Positions 15,388 through 26,055 of a stretch of DNA of 64,000 bases are shown in pieces. The translations under genes and the position numbers were made by a program. The DNA is from Akkermansia muciniphila (lineage in GTDB: Bacteria; Verrucomicrobiota; Verrucomicrobiia; Limisphaerales; F1-80-MAGS106), in contig CAMBEJ010000002.1 in assembly GCA_945865375.1 (NCBI GenBank), positions 13,739 to 77,738 of the forward strand, read 5' to 3'. Every line of letters begins with the position of its first letter. Position 1 is the stretch's first letter. The notes below the pieces were generated by a model that made no database searches, was not told the origin of the DNA, and was given only the letters and a program-made list of their open reading frames with translations.

Positions 15388-16206
15388 TCATTGTTTTTGA
15401 CTCAGGAAACGGGACAGATCCTGAAGGTGATCCGTGTTGATCAAATCAACTCCGGCCTTGAGGAATTCACGCCAAGCCTGCGCATTATCGGGCCCGCCCC
15501 AGAACCGCAGCCGACGTCCTTGATCATGGGCTCTCACGGCCAGCAGACGCAACTTTTCTCGTTCTCCTTCCGGGAATTCGCCAATGCCTCTCCAGTTGAA
15601 ATGGTTGAGCCAGTTGTCACTGACCAACGTCATGAAGTGTGGGGAAAGCTTGCCGTCTAGGTCGGCCAGGCGCCCGTCGAAAGCCGCCCATCGGACCTTT
15701 TGTGCGAGCATCTGGTCTTTTGGTCGATCCCCTGACAGCGTGATGGTGATGGCATTGGTGAGGGTCCGGTTTTCCTCGAATTGAGTGAGCATCGCGCGGT
15801 AGTTTTCCAGGAGAACTCCGAGGGTTTCATACACCTTTTCAGCGTCTTGTTTGATGTCGATCAAGAGGTGGAACTCGGGACCTCCTGGATACACTTTTCC
15901 GCCGTGAGTTTGCACGCGTTCGCGCAAAGGATTCAGATAGAGCGATTGGAGTGTCCTTTCGGGACGGACCTGGGACTTATCGTGGGCAACTAGCAGTTGA
16001 CCTTGCACGAGGAAAACATCCGCTTCGACGCTGCAAAACCCTTGTTCCAGGGCGTCGAGCAGAGGGCGCTTTTGCAGGTAATCATTATGAGAATGCGCAT
16101 GGATGTTTGGCGAGGGCATCTGCCCCGTGAGGGTGGCTGCGCTGAGTGTTGCGGCAAGTGCCACTAAGTGGACGAACTTTGATCTGCCAAATTTAAAGGC
16201 CTTCAT
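15388..16206 (-). CDS. Secreted PI-PLC-like / GDPD-superfamily phosphodiesterase
   Basis: Signal peptide, then HAHSHNDYLQKRPLLDALEQGFCSVEADVFLVQGQLLVAHD. Confidence 0.65.
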   Translation of the reverse strand: MKAFKFGRSKFVHLVALAATLSAATLTGQMPSPNIHAHSHNDYLQKRPLLDALEQGFCSVEADVFLVQGQLLVAHDKSQVRPERTLQSLYLNPLRERVQTHGGKVYPGGPEFHLLIDIKQDAEKVYETLGVLLENYRAMLTQFEENRTLTNAITITLSGDRPKDQMLAQKVRWAAFDGRLADLDGKLSPHFMTLVSDNWLNHFNWRGIGEFPEGEREKLRLLAVRAHDQGRRLRFWGGPDNAQAWREFLKAGVDLINTDHLQDLSRFLSQKQ

Positions 16207-16227
16207 AGGGATCAGGGACCCTCAAGA

Positions 16228-18492
16228 TCAGTCCTGGTACGATTCAGATAGGATATCGCGGTAAGTTTCGCGTGCGTGGGCATACGCTGATTTCGCGTCC
16301 TCTTTTTCGTCGGCTTTGATGAAACGTTCCTTGTTGCTCCAACAGCGGTCCACCGCGGCTAGGCACCATTCCGCGCTCCTCCGCGAAGAGCGGATCGGTT
16401 TGTCCTCCACAAGCACGAAGATCGGGTTGGTGTGGGATGATGGCAGGACGCGGAGTGCCACCCAACTGCTCTTGGGGATATTCACATTAAACGAAACGTC
16501 GTTCGGTTTACCATCCGCCACGATCTTTTTGCGCGCCGCGAGGTTCCCGTTGACCACAAGTTCGACCGCGACCTCACGCGAGTCCTCAATGCGCGCGCGT
16601 TCGATGTCCCAGTAGGGCTTCTCAGAGTAGTGTTTCTTGCTGATCACTTTGTTTGGGATCTGGTCGAGGCGGGCTGCGACACGGGCTGAGATTTTTACAT
16701 CCTTGGGTTTGCTCAGGCGCAGTTCGCTGCCTCGCTCCCCCATCGCGACCCCGTCGATCTTGAAATCCATCAGGTGGCTCTTTCCGTCACCGACGTAATT
16801 TCTGCCTTTCCGGATTCCCTCGCACCACTGGTCATAATCCAATTTGCCATCCAGTTTGACATAGGACCGTCCGAGGCCGACTTTTTCTCCATAGATGCAG
16901 GGGAAATCGGTTTCGCCGCTGATCCGGGTCCTGAAACCACAATTCAGGGTGTGATACCAAATGTTCAACTCCCAAACATAAGGCGTATCCACTGTGGAGA
17001 TGAAATCAACAGCCGGCACCATCTTCCCGTCGGGTCCGGGCACATGATGGGTGACATCAACGATGTATTCATTGGCACCTATTCCGTTAAACGGAGCGGG
17101 TTCATAATTTGGGAGCTCGGTGGATTTGACCTCGAGCCCCCACCCGGAATGTGCGGGGCCGACCACCGCACCTTGTTTTTTGGCCCACCGGAGGGAGTTC
17201 AAGCAGAGGGTCGGCCAGTGGTGTTTCGAATCGCCCCCGGGAAACATTTGGTCCTTGAGCCGGAGCAGTACCAGATGCCCCGACTGGTGGGATCCAAACC
17301 CCGAGATTTCAACGTCGTAGCGGAGCAGGTAGGGATAGTTGGACACCTTATCGTCTTTGCCGGTGAAAAACTGTTTCTGATAATCAAAACAAGGCCCCCA
17401 TGTGAGGTTGGCACCCACCTTGACGTCCTCGCCAAGGCAGTGGCGCATCATGTCGGGTGCATGAACTCCCTCGGTCGGCTTCTCGTAATGCGCACATCCC
17501 GCAGCGTGAATGTGGTGGTCGCCGGACCACCAGCCGGTTTTGGAAGGGTCGATCCAACGTTCCACTTTGAACGCGAGCTCGCGGTGCAGATCATCAATAG
17601 TCACTTTTTGAATTTTCGTGATCGATTCGGGTCCTCGAGAAAACTCGATCGTATAGGTGCCGTCCGGCAGCGCCACCGATTCCCCATCGGCACGGTAGAC
17701 CTGTGGGTGAAAAGAAAAGTCGGGGGCCAGGCGTTTTCCGGGCGAGGGATAAAGATGGCTTTGAGGGTCGCGGATAATGAATGAAGCAGTGGTGGGCTGG
17801 TTGTTCTCATCCTTCACACGAAAGACGACGTCGCGGGAATCGTCGGCTTCGAAAAGAATGTCCACATCGTTGCGGAATCCGATGTCCTGAGTTCCTTGGC
17901 CCACGTTGAATGAGAGCTTGGCCTCCCTTTTTCCTGCGTCGCGGCTGTAAAGCTGGATCACTCGGTACTCCAGGCCCAGTCCTCCGAGAGTTTTGGCCAG
18001 GGGCTGTTTGTTTGGAAGATCGATGTCCAGCCAACGATTGGCGACTTCGTCCTCCGGAGATCCGTGAAGGCGTTTCGCATGGGGGCTTTCCACCCGGAGC
18101 TCGGCCGTCACACCCGCTTCGTTGTGGACTTTTACCAGAAAAGTCCGCCAGCCATTGCGGACCAATTTCGGCGGGGCTGACCCTTGAGCAACCTTGACCC
18201 TGGACTCAGGGTTGATGTGGACACCGACGAGGCAGTGGGGGTCAAGGATCTCCTGGATCGTTTGGACGCCGGTCTGAGGGTTGGAGAATGCCGCGGACAA
18301 CTTGGACTGCTCCGCCGAGCTCAAGGGTGCTCCGAGAAATCCGACCATCTCCACAACGCGTTTGACTTGTGCGGCGAGCGGTTGGAGTTCCGTTTCGACT
18401 TTTGCGGGAAATTCTGCGGCGAAACTGCAGTGTGCGTGGAGGCAAGACACCACCACCACAGAGAGCAAGAGTGACTGAAAATGTTTTTTCAT
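16228..18492 (-). CDS. CehA/McbA-family (PHP-like) metallohydrolase, secreted
   Basis: WWSGDHHIHAAGCAHY...GFGSHQSGHLVLL. Signal peptide MKKHFQSLLLSVVVVSCLHA; start set at that Met. Confidence 0.65.
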   Translation of the reverse strand: MKKHFQSLLLSVVVVSCLHAHCSFAAEFPAKVETELQPLAAQVKRVVEMVGFLGAPLSSAEQSKLSAAFSNPQTGVQTIQEILDPHCLVGVHINPESRVKVAQGSAPPKLVRNGWRTFLVKVHNEAGVTAELRVESPHAKRLHGSPEDEVANRWLDIDLPNKQPLAKTLGGLGLEYRVIQLYSRDAGKREAKLSFNVGQGTQDIGFRNDVDILFEADDSRDVVFRVKDENNQPTTASFIIRDPQSHLYPSPGKRLAPDFSFHPQVYRADGESVALPDGTYTIEFSRGPESITKIQKVTIDDLHRELAFKVERWIDPSKTGWWSGDHHIHAAGCAHYEKPTEGVHAPDMMRHCLGEDVKVGANLTWGPCFDYQKQFFTGKDDKVSNYPYLLRYDVEISGFGSHQSGHLVLLRLKDQMFPGGDSKHHWPTLCLNSLRWAKKQGAVVGPAHSGWGLEVKSTELPNYEPAPFNGIGANEYIVDVTHHVPGPDGKMVPAVDFISTVDTPYVWELNIWYHTLNCGFRTRISGETDFPCIYGEKVGLGRSYVKLDGKLDYDQWCEGIRKGRNYVGDGKSHLMDFKIDGVAMGERGSELRLSKPKDVKISARVAARLDQIPNKVISKKHYSEKPYWDIERARIEDSREVAVELVVNGNLAARKKIVADGKPNDVSFNVNIPKSSWVALRVLPSSHTNPIFVLVEDKPIRSSRRSAEWCLAAVDRCWSNKERFIKADEKEDAKSAYAHARETYRDILSESYQD

Positions 18493-18650
18493 AGCGGTTT
18501 GGGTACGCTGCCAACATAGGCCAAGCGGGCTGCGAGGCAAACTCTAAAAGGGAAACTCCACTGGGCCCTCCATGAAGGTGTCCGCCGACAACCGCCAGTG
18601 GCACTCGCTGGATGTGGGATGTCGTCAGCGCCTTGGGACGTCGCTCACGT

Positions 18651-19205
18651 TCAGACCGGTTTTGCCAAGAGTCGCTGCATGGTGATCACGTCAAGCCATC
18701 GGTCGAACTTGAACCCGACTTCCTTGAACAGGCCGACACGGACAAAGTCGAACCTCGTGTGCAGACGAATGCTAGCTTGGTTTGAGGAGTCGATGAGCGC
18801 GATGATGCTATGAAGACCTCGATTGAGGGCGGCCTGTATCAACGGTTCCATGAGCGAGGTTCCGATTCCATGGCCGCGCCGAGGCGCGGCGATGTAGATG
18901 GAGTTTTCAGCGGTGAAGCGGTATCCCATTCGATCATGAAAACGGCTTAACGAACTCCACCCTGCGATTTCTCCCGAGGGGATGACAGCCACGAAGATGG
19001 CGTAGTTGTTTGCGACGTGGTCTTCGTACCAGGCAAGCCGATGATCGAGTGTGCGAGGTTCGTAATCGTAGCTGGCGGTGGTGGTGGCGACGGCTTCGTT
19101 GTAGATCGCAAGAATCTCGGGCAGGTCCTCGCGTGTCGCGGGTCTGATCAAGCAGGGCTCGACGGGGGTCTCGCCCCACTTCGGCGTCATTATTTCAACC
19201 CTCAC
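18651..19205 (-). CDS. GNAT N-acetyltransferase, phosphinothricin/methionine-sulfoximine acetyltransferase-like
   Basis: IRPATREDLPEILAIYNEAVATTTASYDYEPRT..; RRGHGIGTSLMEPLIQAA. GTGA overlap with the araB stop. Confidence 0.8.
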   Translation of the reverse strand: MRVEIMTPKWGETPVEPCLIRPATREDLPEILAIYNEAVATTTASYDYEPRTLDHRLAWYEDHVANNYAIFVAVIPSGEIAGWSSLSRFHDRMGYRFTAENSIYIAAPRRGHGIGTSLMEPLIQAALNRGLHSIIALIDSSNQASIRLHTRFDFVRVGLFKEVGFKFDRWLDVITMQRLLAKPV

Positions 19206-20905
19206 GCAAGGGCCTGTCTTCGGAGCCGTTTCAGGACCTTCATGGTTCCGTCTTGGTTTCTTCCGAAGAAGTCGTACAAACGGCAGTACTCCCCATAAAG
19301 ATGTTCGTAAACGTCATGGTTGGCCGGGTTTGGTTTGTAGATGCGGCGCTCGAGCTTTGCCATTTTTTCGGCCGCTTCAGCCATGTTGGCATAGGCTCCC
19401 GAGGCGACGGCGGCATGCATGGCGGCACCGAGCGCGGACGCCTGATCCGATGAGGCCACCTGGATGGGGCGGCCGGTGACATCGGCGTAAATCTGCATCA
19501 GCAGCGGGTTCTTCTTCGCGAGGCCACCGCAGGCATACACCTCGTCGATTCGGATGTCTTTGTCTGTGAAAGCCTCGATGATTCGTCGGGTCCCAAAGGC
19601 GGTGGCTTCGATCAACGCCCGGTAGATTTCATGGGGCCGGGTCCCTAGGGAGACTCCGACGATGAGTCCTGTGAGGTCGGCGTCCACGAGCACGGAGCGA
19701 TTGCCGTTCCACCAATCGAGGGCGATGAGGCCTGATTCACCAGGCTTGAGTGCGGTGGCCTCTTTGGCGAGGTAAGCGTAGAGATCGGTTCCAGCCTTGC
19801 GCGCCTGGCTGGCTATGGAGGCGGGAGCAGCCTGTTCCATGAACCAGGCAAACAGGTCTCCCACTCCTGCCTGGCCCGCCTCGTAACCCCAGAGCCCGTT
19901 GACGACGCCATCCTGCACGACACCGCACATGCCTTCGACTTCTTGACGTGTCTTGCTGAGGAGTAGATGGCACGTGGAGGTGCCCAAAATCATGACCAAC
20001 TTACCGGGGGTTGTCACCGTGCATGCTGGCACTGCTGCGTGAGCGTCGATATTTGCGACGGCAACGGGTGTGCCTTCCAACAGGCCGGTCGCCTTCGCCA
20101 TAGCGGGCGTCAGGCCCCCGGCGATTGAGCTCAAAGGGAAATATTGAGCAGGCAGTTTTTCGGCAACCACGTTCCGCAACTTCGGATGCAGACTTCCAAA
20201 AAAGTCCGGGCTCGGAAATCCCCATCCGCCTTCGCCGTCGGGATGCACCCACATGGCTTTGAAACCAGCGAGCGAAAGGCTCCGTCGTTCCTGCCCGCAC
20301 AATTGCCACACAATCCAATCACCGGCCTCGATGAAGCGTGACGCCGCGTGGTAGAGGTCGGGGGAAGCCTCGAGGGTTTCGAGGACTTTCGAAAAGAACC
20401 ATTCGCAAGAATACTTGCCGCCATAAGTCTTGATGAAAGTCTCACCACGCCCGACGCCTGAAGCATTGATCTTGTCCGCTTGGGTCTGAGCCGAATGGTG
20501 TTTCCACAGCTTGACCCAGGCATGTGGGTTGTGGCGCCAGCGGGGTTGCAGGCACAAAGGGCCACCATCGGCGTCGGTGGGGAGGATGGTGCAGCAGGTG
20601 AAATCGATGCCAATGCCCCCGATCTGTTGCGCAGGAATACCGGATTCGCGGAGAAGTTTCTTAACACTCACCTTGAAGGCCGTCATATAATCCGCTGGAT
20701 TTTGGAGCGCGGCGTCTGCGGACAGGCGACGGGTCTGCCCAGGCAGGCGTTCCTCAATCACTCCGTCCCCGTAAGCGGCTACGGAGGTGGCGACTTCCTT
20801 TCCCGAGGCAATTTCGACCAGGAGTGCGCGCGCGGAAAGAGTGCCGAAGTCAATGCCGAGGGTATATTGCGCGGGGTGTTGGGCTGGTTCTGGACGGGTC
20901 TTCAT
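19202..20905 (-). CDS. araB: Ribulokinase (FGGY family)
   Basis: YTLGIDFGTLSARALLVE...; length from Met 20905 is 567 aa. The 103-codon upstream extension in the track is Arg/Pro-rich and was judged spurious. Confidence 0.85.
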   Translation of the reverse strand: MKTRPEPAQHPAQYTLGIDFGTLSARALLVEIASGKEVATSVAAYGDGVIEERLPGQTRRLSADAALQNPADYMTAFKVSVKKLLRESGIPAQQIGGIGIDFTCCTILPTDADGGPLCLQPRWRHNPHAWVKLWKHHSAQTQADKINASGVGRGETFIKTYGGKYSCEWFFSKVLETLEASPDLYHAASRFIEAGDWIVWQLCGQERRSLSLAGFKAMWVHPDGEGGWGFPSPDFFGSLHPKLRNVVAEKLPAQYFPLSSIAGGLTPAMAKATGLLEGTPVAVANIDAHAAVPACTVTTPGKLVMILGTSTCHLLLSKTRQEVEGMCGVVQDGVVNGLWGYEAGQAGVGDLFAWFMEQAAPASIASQARKAGTDLYAYLAKEATALKPGESGLIALDWWNGNRSVLVDADLTGLIVGVSLGTRPHEIYRALIEATAFGTRRIIEAFTDKDIRIDEVYACGGLAKKNPLLMQIYADVTGRPIQVASSDQASALGAAMHAAVASGAYANMAEAAEKMAKLERRIYKPNPANHDVYEHLYGEYCRLYDFFGRNQDGTMKVLKRLRRQALA

Positions 20906-20946
20906 GAGGCTATTTTGACAAAATCCTGGATGCACGGCAAGGACGG

Positions 20947-21474
20947 CTATTCGGCACTCAATTGGTCGAGCCGCAAAAAGCTCGCAGTGAGGGTTTCGTG
21001 GGTGCAATCCAGAATGGCGAGATGGCGCTCTTGGCCTTGCCTGGGGCGGCCTGCGTAGCCGGGGTTGACGAACAAGATCCCGCGGTGTCTCAAGGAGTAG
21101 ATCTGGTGGGTGTGGCCGAAGATCACCGCGTGCGGTTGAAGCTGACTCAGCCGCTGCGCTAGGTCTGGGAGAGGGCGGTCTGGATCCACGATGTGCTGGA
21201 TCAAGATTCGCCACTCACCCACCTGCACGACCTCCACCTCTCGAATGTCGGGCTCAGAATCTGTGTTTCCAAGGACCGCGGTGACTGGCGCGATGCGGTT
21301 CAACACTTCAAGTATCCGGCGGGAACCAATGTCCCCCGCATGAAAGATCTGATCCACCCCCCTGAGCAGGGTGGGCACGTGGGGATCAAAATAACCGTGG
21401 GTGTCGGAGATGAGCCCGATGCGAGACGGCGATTTCGGCTTTGGAGGATCGGGGTTCAATGGGACTTGGTACAC
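20947..21474 (-). CDS. Metallophosphoesterase (YfcE/MJ0936-like)
   Basis: IGLISDTHGYFD, FHAGDIGS, VLGNTD, IFGHTHQ. Confidence 0.85.
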   Translation of the reverse strand: MYQVPLNPDPPKPKSPSRIGLISDTHGYFDPHVPTLLRGVDQIFHAGDIGSRRILEVLNRIAPVTAVLGNTDSEPDIREVEVVQVGEWRILIQHIVDPDRPLPDLAQRLSQLQPHAVIFGHTHQIYSLRHRGILFVNPGYAGRPRQGQERHLAILDCTHETLTASFLRLDQLSAE

Positions 21475-22079
21475 GACGCCTCTTGTTCCGGCTTTTGCTC
21501 GCCTTCAGTCACGGGCGATTCGTCCTCCCGCTGTTCCGTCTCGCTCGCAGGCTGCTGTTCCGTGATCTTTAGGAGCCCTGCCAGGATCGTGGTGAACAAT
21601 CCGCCGCTCAAGAGCGTGTTCCTGAAAAATTCCCAGGTTTGGGGCCAGCCAGTCGTGCCGGTGGTCAGGGCCTGAAACCATCCCATGACAGTCTTGGCGT
21701 ACTCGGGATTCTGGATCCAGGCACCTGTGTTGGTCACCCAGTAAAAAAGCAAGGCCCCTAGCAGCCCACCCCCGGCGAGGTGGAGGGTGGAATGTTTTTT
21801 GGAGAATCCCCGGCCGAGTCCGTAAATAATGCCAAAAGCGGCATAGTTAAGGACGCTGAAGACATTCATGGCTGGCGCGTTATAATACAGGACGTTCTTG
21901 GCAACATCCGTGAGGACCAAGACGGCGAACGCCCACGACCAAGGAAGGCGATTGCGGAAAGCTCCGCAGCAGAAAGCAATCGCGTAAGCAGCGCTAAAAT
22001 TAAGCGGCATCAAGCCCGGCCAACGCGACACCGCGAAGGTCAGCAGCACCAAAACCGGAATGAAGTGAGGATTCTTCAC
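21456..22079 (-). CDS. Polytopic membrane protein (DUF6580-like)
   Basis: Multiple hydrophobic helices with an N-F-S-A-A-Y-A-I-A motif. Acidic C-terminal tail. Confidence 0.5.
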   Translation of the reverse strand: MKNPHFIPVLVLLTFAVSRWPGLMPLNFSAAYAIAFCCGAFRNRLPWSWAFAVLVLTDVAKNVLYYNAPAMNVFSVLNYAAFGIIYGLGRGFSKKHSTLHLAGGGLLGALLFYWVTNTGAWIQNPEYAKTVMGWFQALTTGTTGWPQTWEFFRNTLLSGGLFTTILAGLLKITEQQPASETEQREDESPVTEGEQKPEQEASCTKSH

Positions 22080-22309
22080 AGAATGGGCATCATAACGAAG
22101 AATCGCGCCATGACAAGGCGCGCGAATTTTATGGTCACGTCAGTCCAATCCTTCGACCGATGCATGAAACGGCTTGCTGCTTCCAAGTGTCAAGCGGGAA
22201 GAGGGTGATTCCCAGCAGATTTCCGGAGAATTTAAAGTTTGTTTGCCTGGGTGAGCTCGTTTAAAAGACTTCCCTGCGCCCACATCCGAAGCCCGCTGGC
22301 GGCACAAGT

Positions 22310-22849
22310 ATGACCCGGCAAGCGAAACTGTTGATCGTCTGTCCACGATGCGGGTTCGGGAACTCGCTGCGCGTGATGGTGTCCGCTATCCCCGCGGCAT
22401 CGGAGCGCGGGCTCCAGTTGGCTCATCTGTGGCGACGAGACTCCCCGGTCGGCAACCCGTTTCTCTATGAGGACGAACGGACCGGCTCCCGGTCTTGCGA
22501 CTTTGAGTCGCTCTTTGAGCCAGTGCCTTTCTTTCCACCGTTTGTGGTGAGCGAACTGGCGGTGCGCTTTCTTTATGGAGAGCAGAATCCGTTTTTTCAT
22601 CGCGACCTCAACATCGTCGATGAAGTGCCCTATGCGTTTGCGAAGTTCCAATATCATGGCCCGATCACCGGCGTTCACCTAGCCGGCGTCGATGCCTTGC
22701 TGGTGCTGACGAGTCTTAGTTTCCCCATCAGCCCGGCCCAAAAGGTGGAGCTTTACCACCGGCACTTCACGCCGCGGAAGCACTACATGGCAGCGTTGAA
22801 AACTCGGGCGGAACTCTTGGAAGGAAAGTGGATGGCCGTGCATCTTTGA
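22310..22849 (+). CDS. Hypothetical protein, possibly a 3'-truncated GT-B-like (fucosyltransferase-like) fragment
   Basis: KLLIVCPRCGFGNSLRVMVSA N-terminus. The ORF stops right after ..GKWMAVHL, where such families continue with an H-x-R-R-x-D block. Weak call. Confidence 0.35.
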   Translation: MTRQAKLLIVCPRCGFGNSLRVMVSAIPAASERGLQLAHLWRRDSPVGNPFLYEDERTGSRSCDFESLFEPVPFFPPFVVSELAVRFLYGEQNPFFHRDLNIVDEVPYAFAKFQYHGPITGVHLAGVDALLVLTSLSFPISPAQKVELYHRHFTPRKHYMAALKTRAELLEGKWMAVHL

Positions 22850-22892
22850 ACCGAAGTTCGGTCGGCCTTTGGTATCCCTGAGTGGAATCTAA

Positions 22893-24071
22893 AGGACGTG
22901 GTCCGCGAGTCACGGCGTATTCTGCAACACGTGGACTTTGACCGGATCGCCGGCGTTCACGCTAGCGACCTTGCTTTCCATCGACACACCGAAGACGTGC
23001 GTGGTGCTGGACGCGATGACGGGGCACCGCACCGATGCGAATCGAGAGCTCATGGCTCAGGGGACCGGCAATCTCCTCTCCGCGATTTTCGGGGGCACGC
23101 CCGGAGCGGGAACAATGGGGCCAACTCTGCTGAATCTCAACAGCGGGGGGCAGACCCGGCGGGCGGGCATGATCAGCGGCAGCCTGATCCTGGCCGCTTT
23201 CCTGTTCGGGCGGCCGTTGATCGCGCTCATTCCCACGGCGGCATTGCCTGGCATATTGATCGTTCTGGGCAGCCGGATGGTGGATCGGGAGAGTTTTCAG
23301 TTGCTGCGCCATCGGGCGACCATTCTGGACTTTACGGTGGTGCTGGTGGTCGTGGTGGTGGCGCTGGTGTACGACCTCATCACCGCCGCTGGCGTCGGCA
23401 TCGCGCTGGCGCTGGCGCTCTTCATGCGGAACATGATCAACGGGTCGGTGATTCGCCGGAAACTTTATGGCGATCAGATTTCTTCATCCCGACAGCGCCA
23501 TGCCGGGGAAAAGGCGATTCTCATCCGGCAAGGACGCCAGGCCGTCCTCTGTGAGTTGCAGGGCAGCTTGTTCTTCGGCACCAGGGATCAGTTGCTCACG
23601 GAACTCGATGCGGATATCCGGAATTGCCGGTTCATCCTGCTCGATCTGCAACGTGTACAGTCGTTCGATTTCACGGCGGGTCACGTCCTCCATGTCATCT
23701 GCAAACAGGTGCAGTCCCACCAGGGTTACCTTCTCCTTTGCAGCCTGCCCGCCAGCCTGCCGACCGGTTGCAGCCTCGCCGATTACCTCAAACAGATCGG
23801 CATCTTGCGGAGCGGCCCCCACCTCCAGATCTTCGACAGCCACGACGAGGCGATCGAGTGGGTTGAAAACCAGATCCTTGCTGAGGCAACTCTGGGCTCC
23901 GCACCCAACCCCATCTTGCTGAGCCTTGACCAGGTGTCCCTGTTCAGCTCGATCAAATCCCAGGAGGTGCTAAACAAGGCAAAAGGATTTGAAAAAATCC
24001 CTCCCGCATGGTTCCGGTTTTTCACAAGGTCACGACCCGTGTGGTCACAGAGCTGGTTCGGTGACTTTTAA
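22893..24071 (+). pseudogene. SulP-family anion transporter, 5'-truncated fragment (C-terminal TM half + STAS domain)
   Basis: The open frame begins mid-protein: ..LDAMTGHRTDANRELMAQGTGNLLSAIFGGTPGAGTMGPTLLNLNSGGQTRRAG..ALPGILIVLGSRM, followed by a STAS-like region. The first ~250 aa of a normal SulP are absent. The 3' end overlaps the convergent gene. Confidence 0.7.
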
Positions 24072-25972
24072 CACCCTGTTTGCTGCGGGTGCTTGGACGG
24101 TCTGTTTCGCGCCGGAAGGCCAGAGGACCTCTACGAACTCGATCTTGTCTGCCTCGCCCAGGCCGAAGTAGAGCGGCATCGAACTTTGACCGAGATAGCC
24201 CGATTTGCCATCGTGAAACTGAGTCCAGGTTCGGTTCCCGGCACGCAGTTTCACTGTCGCGCCGAGACCATCGCGATTAGACTGCCGTCCGGTCAATTGA
24301 ACTTTGAGGTAGTCAACCCGCCGGCGCTCCGTGAGGTTGCTCAGGAGCACCTGCGGACGGTCGTTGAATTCGTGCTTCACGATGTCCAAGTCGCCATCGT
24401 TATCGAGATCGAAAATCACCGACGAACGGCTCGAAAGGCTGCCTGGCACCGAGACAATCCCACTTTTCCCAGAGCAAAGACTGTTGGTTTTGTCGGCGCC
24501 GGAGCAGTCGAGCGTGAAGAATTCCTTGCCGAGCCGCCCGTTGGCGCGGGGTTCCATCCCGACCAGAAATTCGCCGTCGAAAAAGCGTTTCCCGGCTTCG
24601 TTGAGCAGCACCGAGTTGATCGCATACCGGAACGGATAACCCATTCCCGCAGTGATCACGATATCCGGGAATCCGTCCGCGTTCAGATCGCCGGTGCTGA
24701 TTCCCCATGGCCAGTAGGTTTCCACGCCCAGGGAATCGGACATTTCGGCGAAGTTCCCCCCGCCCAGGTTCTGATAGAATGCATTGCCGAAAATGTTGTT
24801 TGTCGAACCCTGCAAATAGGCCTCGGTCCATTGCAAAGAACAGTAGGCTTCACTCTTCTTTGTCTCAGTGTCCGGACGGAAGCTCAACGCCTCTTCGGTC
24901 TGCTGCCGGGTCATGTCCGAGTGCATGTCCGTGACAAACAAATCGATCAGGCGGTCCTGGTTGGAGTCGAAGAATTTTGCACCCGTCGAGCCCCAGGGTG
25001 TTTTCGGAAAGTATCTCGCCGTGTTTTCGACAAAGCCTTTTCCTTTTCGATTCTCATAAAAATGGTCGTCACCCTGCATGTTAACGAGATACAAGTCGGG
25101 AAAACCATCCCCATTGACGTCTCCTACTGCGGCATCGCCCACCCATGCACCGTCCCGCGGAAGCATCTCCTGGGATACGTCCTTGAAACGGCCGCCACCC
25201 AGGTTCTTATAAAGCTTGCTGTGCTCGGTTCTTTCGGGAAAAAGATGGCCGCTGAACGCGTCGGCGAAAGCGATGTGATAGCCGCCGCGCCCCTTTTCGG
25301 ACGTGGTATAAACGCCCACGTTGGCCACGAACAAGTCCAGGAGCCCATCCTTGTCAAAATCCAGAAAAACAGCGCCGGAAGAGTGGCCTGAATAACTCAG
25401 CCCCGCTTCCTGCGTCATGTCTTTGAACCGGCCTTGTCCAAGATTCCTGAACAGATGGTTTCCGTGCCTGACGGTGGTGACGAATAAATCGGATAAACCG
25501 TCGTTGTCGATGTCCGCGAAAGAGGCACCGACAGAGATTTGATCCACGAGTCCGACGCTCGCCTTTTGTGTGATCTCTTCAAACTTTCCAGCGCCCACAT
25601 TTCGCCAGAGCTGATTCGAGCCGAGTTGCGTGGTGAAGTCGAGGTCGAGCAATCCGTCGCCATCCACGTCGGCCACAGCGAGACCGTTGCCGTGATCGTA
25701 AGCGCGGCTTTGTAGTGTTTTCCTGCGTCATCGACGATGTAATGTTCGAAATGGATCCCAGATTCGCGAACTCGGTTGGTGAACTGGAAACCTGAGAAAG
25801 CCTGCTGGTTTTTCGTGGCCAGTTTTTGCGCCTGCTGACGACGCTCAAGAAACTGCAATGTCACCGGGGACCGCAGTGGCGTGTCCTCCACCTGCGCGCA
25901 GGCGCTTCCCGCTCCAGACAGCACCCAGCACAACACCCATGTTTGGCAGAACGCATTCTGAGAGCTCAGCAT
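24045..25972 (-). pseudogene. CRTAC1/ASPIC-UnbV family FG-GAP repeat protein, interrupted by a 1-nt frameshift
   Basis: N-terminal part (25972..~25703: signal peptide ... FEHYIVDDAGKHYKAA) continues in another frame as AYDHGNGLAVADVDGDGLLDL... through to an ASPIC/UnbV C-terminus (DGLGATVKL..GYLGQSSMPLYFGLG). Confidence 0.75.
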
Positions 25973-26055
25973 AAGTATCTTTCACGCCAGTATTGTCGAT
26001 CACAGGTCACGGTTTATCTTGGGAACAGGTTTTGGAACAGTCATCAATAATCGTG

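Noticed and set aside
20906-21214. N-terminal extensions in the ORF track (araB 20906-21214; also cstA 45486-45686, pxpB 15214-15348, TgpA-like 40687-40884, CehA-like 18493-18540)
   Set aside because: The extensions are Arg/Pro-rich or overlap the neighbouring gene. An internal Met gives family-typical N-termini and lengths.
24093-25391. Long antisense ORFs opposite clearly assigned genes (also 16774-17784, 31515-32888, 47952-49322, 53404-54132, 57417-58367, 39251-39766)
   Set aside because: All overlap strongly supported CDSs on the other strand, lack recognisable motifs and have compositions typical of GC-driven open frames.
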